From Candidatus Micrarchaeota archaeon (GTDB lineage Archaea; Micrarchaeota; Micrarchaeia; Anstonellales; Bilamarchaeaceae), in assembly GCA_040758235.1 (NCBI GenBank), contig JBFLVW010000027.1, positions 1-41,229 of the forward strand: a DNA stretch of 41,229 nt, written 5' to 3'. Within the stretch, counting starts at the first letter, position 1; each line of letters opens with the position of its first letter. Under the pieces are notes generated by a model that searched no databases, had not been told where the DNA came from, and worked only from the letters and a program-made list of their open reading frames with translations. The position numbers were made by a program, and so were the translations under genes. Below, in pieces: positions 1-10,400 of this stretch.

Positions 1-328
1 AACGAGGCTTCGGGCTCCCTGCTCTTTTCGAGCGAACCCGACTTCCCCATATCCTCCGTCCTCTCCCTACTCTCGGCAGGCGGCGGAAAGCAGCCGTCCG
101 GTTTCGCAATCGCCGTATATGAGACTGCCAGCACATCATATTTCCTGCTCTCGGATTCATCTAGGCGCATAATCGTGAGGGGGGCGCTTTCCAGCTACAA
201 CGACAGGCCGCCGATGAAGGAATGGGGCGCGATTGTCGAATCCATCCATGGAGCTGAGGAAGCGGCCATCAGGAATCCGGGGAAGACGGCGGTACGGGAC
301 GGCGACGCCCTCCGGCTCGTCTGATATA

Positions 329-336
329 TTTATTAA
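329..336 (+). promoter_or_regulatory. Probable archaeal TATA box for the 358 gene
   Basis: TTTATTAA in an AT-rich patch, 22-29 nt upstream of ATG 358, in a high-GC background. Confidence 0.55.
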
Positions 337-357
337 CTTCGACAACCACGTATCCTC

Positions 358-879
358 ATGGAACCCAGGCGCGCATCCAGGGGCAAAATAGTCCCGTTTA
401 CAAGGGGGTTCCCGGCAGGCGGCTCGATGGTGGAGAACCCGAATGTAACGCGGGAAGATTGCATCGAATTCCTCGGCAGGCTCGGTCCCGTGAGCGACTC
501 ATTTCTTGCCCTCCTCCAGATACCGGAGCGGCTGATATTCTCGCAGGGCGAGAGCTTCCGGTCGTTCTCAGTTCCGGGGAACAAGGGCCTCCAGAGGCTC
601 GCATCCTCATTCGCGCTCGGCCAGCCCGTCCCGCGCGACTTCCCCGATTTCGGAATCCATGTGGGCTCGGTCGGGGGCAACCTCTTCTGCACTTTCGTGG
701 ACCGCTGGAGGAAGGTCATCGTTTATGGGAGCGTAAAGAACGCCCAGGCGGGGGAGGGGTCGTGGGACATGTTCCAGAAGAACGTCGAGGCGGCGATAGC
801 CGAAGTTAAAAAACAGGAATCGCGCGGCGAAAAATTCGATTTCGTGATATGCAGGGGCGGCTCGATGAAGCTTCTTTAA
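358..879 (+). CDS. Hypothetical protein (173 aa), paralog of the next gene
   Basis: ORF with a TATA box upstream. Shares LL.[IL]P..L, ALG, D[FY]GI...S.GG, D..R..IV and W motifs with 903-1457. Confidence 0.8.
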   Translation: MEPRRASRGKIVPFTRGFPAGGSMVENPNVTREDCIEFLGRLGPVSDSFLALLQIPERLIFSQGESFRSFSVPGNKGLQRLASSFALGQPVPRDFPDFGIHVGSVGGNLFCTFVDRWRKVIVYGSVKNAQAGEGSWDMFQKNVEAAIAEVKKQESRGEKFDFVICRGGSMKLL

Positions 880-902
880 GGCATTCCGTCCATACCCATA
901 TC

Positions 903-1457
903 ATGCCAAAAAGCAGGAAAGCCGGGAGGATAGAAATCATCAATCCGCACGACCAGTCATTCTCCAGGCAGGCTCCGCAGGCCGATTCGCCCGTCCCCAA
1001 GCCCCAAAAGGTGGATTCTGGAGAGGTAATAGCCGTTCTGAGGGCGACCGGCAAGGGGTGGACCGACGACATCAGGGAGCTTCTCCGCCTTCCCGCGCAG
1101 CTTTACATGATCAGGACCGGTGACGGGACGTTCTACTCTTCTGACGAGCGCCTCGGGATACTAGGCATTCCGGCCGCTCTCGGTCCAGAGCCCCTAAAGG
1201 CAGAAAAAATCGACTATGGCATCGCCCTCTACAGTACGGGCGGCAGCGTATATTTCATCCTTGCGGACATGGAGAGGCGGATAATCGTCAGGGAGAGAAT
1301 GTTTTGCATACACGAGAAGCCTCCGGAAACCGACTGGACACTTGTGAAGGAAGGCATCCAGTCCGCGCTGTCAGCCTCTGAAAGCGAGACCGCGAGGAAG
1401 CAGGGGCTCATCGCAGTCTTCGACCGGGCCCTGAAGCTCGTCAAAATGTCATCGTGA
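903..1457 (+). CDS. Hypothetical protein (~184 aa), paralog of the previous gene
   Basis: ORF track gives 849-1457. ATG 903 (MPKSRK) is preferred because TTTAAG lies at 875-880. Motifs are shared with 358-879, and the 3' end overlaps the giant gene's 3' end. Confidence 0.8.
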   Translation: MPKSRKAGRIEIINPHDQSFSRQAPQADSPVPKPQKVDSGEVIAVLRATGKGWTDDIRELLRLPAQLYMIRTGDGTFYSSDERLGILGIPAALGPEPLKAEKIDYGIALYSTGGSVYFILADMERRIIVRERMFCIHEKPPETDWTLVKEGIQSALSASESETARKQGLIAVFDRALKLVKMSS

Positions 1458-4400
1458 CCTTTTTGGAGGATACGCGTCCGGGCCGAAGCCGAGAGGCATG
1501 CGCTGGTTGACGAACATCCTCTTCATGCGCTCGTCTCCCTTTATGAGGTCCTCCTCCTCAAGCTTTCTCTCGTGCTTGACGAACATTTTTTCAATTTTCC
1601 GCCATTCCTTCGCAATGCCCCTCTCGCCCATGTCCATGATGTAATCGAACACCTGGACCGCCCCCACTCTCTCCGTCTTGAGGCCGGTCAGCTTGCCGAA
1701 TCCGGGCGCCGCCCTGACGATGCCATGGTGCCCCGTCGCCGGGACCGCGTTTCCCCTCAGGTTCACGGGCACCGCGTCATAGCTTGTGAAAACCGCAAAG
1801 TATTTCCTGCCGACCTTGAACGTCCCGCTCATGCCGGCGGCCTCCTTTTTCGAAACGGGAGCGACGAAAACGAGGCGGCTCTGCGGGAAGAGGGGCGCGA
1901 TCTCCGGGGCGGCGGCGATGACGTTCACCTTCTCGTAGTCCGCCATCAGCCTCGTCCTTCCGTCATAGTAGAACACCGGCATGTTATTCTCGCCGTTGTT
2001 CGGGAACGCCATGTAGGTGACGCCGTCGCGCGCGAGCTGCGCCATCTGGTTCGGTTTCAGCTTGAAGCTGCTCACTCCGGCCGACTGCCCCTCCTTGCTT
2101 CTGAACCCGTCCTCCATCGCCTTCCTGTAATCTGCGTTGTCATGCTCCCTGAACCATCTTTTCATTCCTTTGTAGAACTGCCCTTTCCCGCCGTCCATCC
2201 CCTGCGCCACCATATCGTGGACCGAGACGAATCTGGGCGTTCCCGCCGGGGCGGAGACCTGGTTCAATCCTACATTGGCCAGCCTCCGGACCTGGTCCGG
2301 ATTCACCGCGTCGATGAAATAACCGGCCGCATCAGCCTTCACTTCCCACCCGTTCCGCTTGAAGTTGTCCACGGCCTGCGCCGGCACATCGAACCTCCAC
2401 GTTCCGGCCTGCGTGGCCTCATACTGGTTCTTCACCCTGGTGAGGAATGGCAGGAGGCGGGGGAAGACGTGATATTCCCCTGTCCAGCCGGCGTAATAGC
2501 CGAAGTCGAATTTGCCCTTCCGGCCCTTGGCCATGTAAGTCCCGGCCGAATCGTCCGTATCTATCCGGCCCAGCCTGAACATCTTGTAGTCCCCGGCGGC
2601 ATCCTGGAAGACGTAGACGCCGGAATCCCGCAGGGCCTTTATGTTCTCCTTCGTCGGGTTCTTTATGTCGAGAATCATGGCGAAGACGTTGCCCTCGTGG
2701 CCGTCCACCGCGCCCACGGCGAAACCCGCCGCGTTCATGTACCCCATCTCGTTCCAGAATGCGTCGGGATGGTTGATGAATATGTCCATTATCTCCGGCG
2801 AGCTCTCCATCTTCGCCAGCGGAAGGGCCTTGTCGGTCGTGATTTTGATTTCCCTGCCGCCTGCCTTAACGGTCCCGCTGAATTCGCCGATGTCCCTCGA
2901 GATTCCATACGCCGAGACGGTGCCGTCGGGCTGCATGAACAGCAGCGGCTGTCCGGCCTTGTTTGTGGTGATGACCTCGGGGGCAGGGATGCCCGAGCGA
3001 CGCAGGTTCTCCGCCCCGGCCTTGTCAGGGACCATGTCGACCATCTTCACGTATTCCACGTGCTCCAAGCCAGCAGCATCCTTGACCCGGACCGGATACG
3101 CGCCTGTCGCGCCTCCTCCGATGGATTCTATCTTAATCTCCTTGGCGCCGGGATACAGGTCCCTCAGGACGCCTGCGAGGTCGCCCGTGATGAGCATTCC
3201 GAAAAGGCCGTGGTCAGAGTAGTTGGGGACGATTACGCCTAGACGCTTTGCGACTTCCTCCCTCGCGGCCTCAATCGTCCCCTTCTCCAGGTAGGCATTG
3301 ACGAGCGAGCCTTCTGGCAGGCCGAGCGTCCCCTCGAGCCTCCTGCCGACATCGCCTTTGAGCGCCATCACTTCGCCGAGGCGAATCGCCTGGACCCCGA
3401 TCCTCTGCGCGTTTTCCCGGTATACGGCGGCCGCGTCCGGCTGTGTCGCTTCGAGCGCATTCGCATCCTCCCATGCCTTCCTCGCCCTATTGTGCATCTC
3501 GCGGTACACTCCGAGCTGGGCGTCTATCGGCAGCTGCGAATACGCTACGAGGGCATCCTTTGCGTCGGGATGCCTCTCTGCCGCAAGGGCATCCACTATC
3601 TTGCCCGGAGTGAACTTTGGCGGGGCGGCCGCTGTAAGGTCCTCCAGCCAGCTCGGTGTTGGCGGCGAAGGCCCGGGCTTCGGCTCCTCTCTTTTCGACG
3701 GCACGTTTATCTCGCCCTGCACAGGCTTCTGCCCTGACACGGGTTTCGCGGGCATCATGCCGGTGGGCTGGTCGGGCGCGGCCGCAGGGACTTTAGATGC
3801 AACCGGCAGCGGAGCCTCTTCTTTCGCAAGCGGGGCCGGCTTGGCCTCCTTCTTCTTCGCATCCTCATAGGAGAGGATGTTTTTCCCGATGGAGCCGAAC
3901 TGCTCCTTCATGAATCCTTCTCCGGCCCCCATCATCCACTCGAAGACCGGAACGGCGCCTGCCTTCGAGGCCTGGACGCCGAGCATGTCTCCCATGCCGG
4001 CATCGCCCCTTATGACGCCTACCTTGTTTTCATGCGCGACTTCGGACGGCTGCGGGATGTCCCTCCTCGCCCTGACCATCCCCACCCCGCTCTTCGCAAG
4101 CTCGGCTACCGCGGGGTCTGCGGCATCGATTATCGCGACTGTCCGCTTGTCGCCTGTGACTATGGTGTTGAATCTCGTTCCGATGTCGGATACCGCGCCC
4201 TTCGACTTGTCGTTTATCTCCACGAGGACAATGTCCCTTCCGGGCGGGAACATGCCGAGGACTGTTTCGTCCCATTGCTTGAGGGCCCAGGGCTGGACCA
4301 CCTCGTAATCGGCCCTCATAATCGAGCGCCCGTCCTGGAAGGCGATGAGGGTGTAGGGGTCGCCGCTCAAAGGCATCTCGAAGTGCACGGCCTCTCCGCT

Positions 4401-7400
4401 CTTCAGTCTCCGCACAGTTCCCTCGTCCTGTGTGATTCCGAAGCCGGCCGGCTCGCCGTTGTGGCTGGCGAAAGCGGTCTTGACGCGGTCCATGTATTTC
4501 GGGTCGTTGCCGTAAAGCTTCATCCATCTGGAAATCCCCTCCCCGAGCGGGCCGCCGGGCGTGCCGCCGCTCATGTCCCCGAAGGCTTCAGCGACAAGGT
4601 CCTCCACCTTGGCCCCCCTTATCCTTGCCATGGTGGCGAACAGCCTGTGCAGGTCGGCCCCGAACTGCGCGTTCATCACCGTCATGTCGTATTTGCCGCC
4701 GGTTTCGTACGCCTTGTAGCCGGCTCCGGTGTCGGTGTCGATGCCGCCCATCATGAACGCGTATGTCTTCCCATTCTCGTCCCATACGGTATATCCCTTA
4801 CCCACGAGTGCGTCCCTGACGGTCGGCGAAGCGGGATTGGCGGGGTCGGAATTGTGCAGCGGGTTCGTTATCTCGAGGACCATGGCCCGCGAGTTTATGT
4901 CATGCCGGTCCCACATCCCGACTGCGTAGGAGCCGGCGAGCATGTATCCGAGCTCCTTCCAGAACATATCGCGGATTTTCGGGTCAGCCGAATTGAGCCA
5001 TCCGAGCATCGGGCTGTCGGCCAAATCATGTATGCTCGACTCATAAACCGTCTTGACCCTGGCATCCACTCCGCCAAGGTTGATGCTGCCCTCGAATTTC
5101 TTCATGTCCTCGATGATTCCATACCTCGACACGTTCCCGTCGGGCTGGGTGTACACCAGGTCTTTTCCGCCGGCAGAAGTGGTCACTCTCGGGGCAGGAA
5201 CGCCGGATTCCATCGAATATTCCGAGCCTGCCCTGTCGGGGCGGAGGTCCTGCCTCTTGACGAACACGCTTCTCGTTTCCGCCGAGCCGTCCGCCCTTCT
5301 CGTTTCTATGACCACCTCGTAAGCGCCCACCGCCCCGTTGCGGAACTCAACGGACTTTATCTTCGCCCCCCCGTAAGCATCCGCTATCGAGCCAATCAGG
5401 TTCCCTGATGTGATGATGCCAAAGATGAAGTTGTCCTCGTATGGGCTGTTGAACTCCTTGTATGGCTTGGAGACCCAGCCCCTGTTCGCCTGATCATACG
5501 TCTTCCACGGCAGGTCCTTGACTGCAATCCCCAGCCTGCCCATCAGCAGCGTCCTTGCGCTCACGGCATCGGGGGCCGATGAGTATATCCAGACCAGCTC
5601 CCCCTTGTCGATGCCGTACATTTTTGCGATGACGCCTCCGGCCTCCCCCGAAATGGCCTGCATCTCGGTCAGGTGTATCGCTTCCTTTTCCCTCCCGGAT
5701 TCCCTCAATTCGCTTATTACTGCGGTCTGGTCCCGGGCATCCATCTTCAGGAACGAATTTATCGCCTGCGAGCGGGCAGCCTGGTCGGCCCCAGTGAATG
5801 CGCCCGCCGCTTCCGAAACGCTCATTATCTTAGGCTGGGGCGGGGCCGGGGGCATCTTGCCCGAGGGCGCCTCCCTTACGATCGAAATCTCAGGTTCCGA
5901 AACCGGGGGCTTGGACGGGGCCGCTTTCTCCGCCGCGACGACGGCGTCCATCATCATCTTGGCATATACGGCCCTCATCTTGGCGAACTCTACCGAGCCC
6001 CTTCCGGCCTCGAGTTCCTTCGCCGCTTCCAGGAGCCGCCTGCTCTCGGTGGTCTTCCCGGCTATCATTTCGTCGACGAGCTTCCCGACGGGGTGGTCGC
6101 CAAGGGCCGAGCGGACGTGGAGCGCCCACTCCTCGCCCTTCATCAGCGCGAGCGCGAGGCCGCCCACCTTCACCGGGCTCCCGGCAAGGTCCGCAGCAAC
6201 GGAATGCGACAGGTCCCTCTCGAACTCCTTGGGGACAGGCGCGGGCTCGAACCCTTCCGCACCCGCAGCCACCTTGACCCCCGGCTTTGTCACTTCGTCG
6301 CTCGGCTTAATCGCGGCACGCCGGCCGGGCGTCGTCTTCTCCGATACAACCGCCCCCGGCTTTCCTGTGCGCGGCCCGGATTCCACCGGGAGGGGCGGGA
6401 GCGGCTCCTCGTAATTCTCGCGCTGCAGGGTCCCCTCCTCCTTCGATTCCTTGGCCCGCACCAGCGCGTCGTGCTGCGCCTTCAGGAATTCCCCCTCGGC
6501 TTCCTTGCCGTTCAATTTCTTCGCTATCGGGAGCGCCTCATCGGCATAAAGCGTCATGCGTCCGTCAGCGCTTTCGATGACCCTGCTCCTCCCGCCGTAA
6601 TGCAGCGAATTCCTGCCTATCCCGTATCCGGAATCGGACACGTCGAATCCCAGCCCGAACTTCTTCCCGTCGTGGGCTTCTATCGCTTCCAGCGTCGCTT
6701 TCCGGGCAGCCTCCCTGTCCTGCCTGGACTCATCCGGGAAGGCTTTCTTCTTGTACTCGGCTATCATCTGGTCGTAGAGCCTGCCTTCCGGAATGTTCCA
6801 GGCCCTCGACATGTTCCCGATGAAGCCGTCGGTCTTTTCCATGAAGTCGCTGTTGAAGTCCCTGGGCTCGCTCCCTTTCAGCACGTAGTCCATGTCGATG
6901 GGCTCGAATACGACCTTGTACCTCTCCCCTGCCGGAACGTTCGGTCCCCTGTCCACCACAAATACCGCGGTGTTCTCGCCATGCCTGTCCGCGAGCAGGG
7001 ACCTGCGCGAAAGCTCGTGATACGCATGCCAGGCACGAAGTATCTGCTCGCGCTGGCCATCGTCCCGGACCATCTCGTCGAATTTCCTGACGGCCTCGTA
7101 TCTCGGGTCGTTCTTGTCGCCGAGTATCTGGGCCCTCTTGCCCGGCTCCATGACCTCTTTTCCGAGTATCGCGACGCTCACCACGGTGACCTCTTCGGTC
7201 TTTCCGCCGGGCATCTTGACCTTCACCCTGCTTCCGGCGAAGCCATGGATGTCCTCGCTGAACCCGTAGCTCTGCATTTTCGTGGTGCGCCCGAGAAGAG
7301 GGTCGTTGTACACTATGCCGGTATTATAACTGAGGGGCGCCCCATCGGCGCCGGTAGTGTGGATTTTTCCCGTCACCATGCCGTTCGCCGCGGCAAGGTT

Positions 7401-10400
7401 CGCGCCCAGGCTGTCCGCCTCGAGGTCTATGTGCTTCACGAATATGCTCTTCTTCGTCCCGTCGCCGAGGACGAGGTCGACCTTGAGCGTCCCCATTATC
7501 CCCTCCTGGCCGCTGACCCCGGTTATCTTCGCGCCTTCATAGCCGCGGATGGATGAAATCTGCCTCTCCAGGCCGCCCCTGAAGACGAGGTCGAATATGT
7601 GCGGGAGGTTCTCCACAAGCGTCTTCCTGTCCTCGGGAAGGACGTTGTCGAGCATCCCGAGCTTCTCCAGCACCGCCGCTTTCCCTTCGGCCCCTCCCGA
7701 ACCATAAGCCTTCACGAGCTCGGCCTGGAAAGATTTCGGGTCCCTGCCCCTCTGGAACGCGAGCGCCTCGATGGCCGGGGGGATTCTTCCGGCGCCCCGG
7801 TCCTCCTTCGAGCCGGTGATAAGCGAAAGCTCCCCTTCGCTGACTTGACCGGGCGTCCTGTTCGCTTTCGCCTCCCTTATTGCAGCGTCCCTCTTCGCCT
7901 CGACCCGCGCCCGTTCCCATTCCGCTATCTTCCTGTCCTTTATCGCCTGCGGCGCGTCTTTGTCGGCAAGGACGCTCAGCGTGTCGGCGAGGCCCCTGTC
8001 CACGAACTCCATCGACTTTATGCGCCTGTTGAACTCCGCCTCTGATTTCGCCTTTATGCCGGCGTATCTTTCCGAAAGCTCGACCAGGCCATTCCTGGTC
8101 TCCGGAACGCTCTTCTTCGAAATCAGCTCGAACGCCGATTCCAGGCTCCTGTTGTTCGCGAGCGCTTCGGCTATTATCGCCCTCTCCGTCGGGTCTGCGA
8201 GCATGAACCTCTCCCTGAAGGGGCTGTCCTCGCTGGTCAGCCTCCTGAAGTTGTCCGCGGCCTGGGAACTCATGTCCATGGTCAGGCGGGACACGTCCGC
8301 TTTGCTCACGTCGCTCCGCAGGCCGAGTTTCCCTTCGGCGGCCTTGAGCAGCTCGCTGCCCCTCGAGTAGGGGTCCATCCTATCCTCCTCTGCAATCCGC
8401 GAAAGCGCCTGCTCGTCGCTCTTGATTCCGGAGATGCTTTTCTTGTATTCGTCTATCTTTTCCTTCGAGGCCGTGACGGGCTTTTCCGCGGGCCGCTCAG
8501 GCTCGGCCCTGGCCTGGTTCATCCTCTGCGAGACTTCGATGACGGCCTCCGCCTCGGCCTGCGCCTCCAGCTTGCCGGCCGCCACCTTTTCCTGCCTGAG
8601 TCTCACTATCTCGTCGAACAGGGCCGCGTCCATGTACCTCCCCACCTTGTCCGAAGGCAGGGGTTCGTTGCGCAGAATCTTCTGCCAGTTCCTCGCGTCC
8701 TCGGCAATCTGGCTTTTTGCGTCTACTCCAGCGGCCTTGAGGCCGCTTTCGACATCAGTCACCTTTACCGGCTTCATCTCTCCTGCGAGGGATTCGGCTT
8801 TCGCCAACATCCCGGCCGGGTCGGAGGTCATCAGCGTGAGCATGCGGTCCCCGTACGCGCTCCCGGCGCGCACCTTGTCCGGGTCGATGCCCTGCTTCCT
8901 CAGCGCGGCATCGAACAGGTATTCCGCAACCGCGAATTTCGCCGGGTCGGCCGCGGCATAGCTCGACATGTTGGAATTCCAGTCTTTCGGGAAATCGCCC
9001 TTGAGGGCCACTTCCTCAGCCCCCGCTGCGAGCTGTCCGGCCCGTATCGCAATCCTGTCCAGCTCCTTCTTCCCTGCTTCCGACTTTTCATCGAAGAGGG
9101 GCTTCCCGTCCTCCCCGACGAGCGATTTGGCCTGCTTCCTGGCGTCGTTCCCTTCGGCGGCGAACTTCTCGAACATCTCGATGTTCGCCTTCCAGTTCTC
9201 CTTCGCCTTCTTCCCCATCATCCCGAGCACTTCGTCGATGACAGGGTATTTCACTTCCACCCCGAACTTCGCGGCGATCTCGTAATCCAGCCTGAAGCTG
9301 CCCCCCTTCCCTCCCTGGCCGACGGCCTTGAGGAATCCGCTCGTTCCGTAGAACATGTCATTCGGGGACTCGGTGCCGAGGCCCTTGACAGAATCGTGCG
9401 CCGTTTTCCTGTTCTCGACGTACCAGCTCGACTTGTCCGCGTATTCCGAAAGGATGGGAGCCTCCTCCATTACGAACCGCATCTCCTCCGGCTTCATCTT
9501 CGATAGGTACTCCTCATATAGCGCCAGCGGGGACTTCTCCGCGTACCTGTTCGCTATCCTGCCGTTCGAGCCCGCATCGACCGTGTTGGCGTCCTTCTCG
9601 TAAACCGGGACGGCCCCCCGCGGGAAGCCGAATGACGTCTTCTCCCCGACTTTAGCGTTATCGAAGGGGAACTCCGTTCGCTGTATCATGGCTTTCGCCA
9701 TGGCGATTTTCCGCTTGCCGTCCTCGGCCTTCAGCGGGTCAGCGGAATCCGGGTCCCACCCGAAGCTGTCCTTCATCAGCTTCTTCCCCTCGGCGGAATC
9801 CATCCATTCGAGCGTGGCGGAAACGCGCGCGGCCTTGCCGGGCAGCCTGCCCGGGTCCAGGTCATGGAGCATGCCGACCTGCGCCAGGAATGTCGCCTTC
9901 TCCTCCCTGCTTCCGAACAGCCTGGCGTCATTCTCCGTGAACGGCCTGTTCATCGCGAGAGAATAGGCCATCTTCGCCACGTTCTCGCTGTGCGCTATGT
10001 TATGGTATGCCGGCTTCTCCACGACCGTGCCGTCCGGCAGCGTTACCTGCACTATGCCGTCCCTCTCCAGAGGGTGGAGCTCGGCGAACCGCTTCGCGCC
10101 GACATGCTCCGAGGGAACGAACGGCCTGGTGCGCTTCGCGGCCTCCGCCTCGAGCTTAGATGCAGCCGATTCCAGGGCGGAGGCGCGCTCGGTCAGGGCA
10201 CCGGCCCCTTTCTTGAGCAGTTCGGCCTCTGCGCCCTTCGATGCAGCCGCCTGCTTCTCGAGCTCGGCGGCCTTCGTCCTCGCTGCCTGCGCCTGCTCCC
10301 TCCAGCCCTTCGCCATGAAGGCCAGGTCCTCATGGTTGTTCGTATAATCCTTGATGGCGAGCGCGGCCTCTGTCGCGTATGCCGCCTTGGCCACCTCGGG

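Noticed and set aside
1-345. Minus-strand gene running off the left edge
   Set aside because: Two frames stay open from about 160-170 to the edge, but neither has a recognisable motif. I cannot choose between them.
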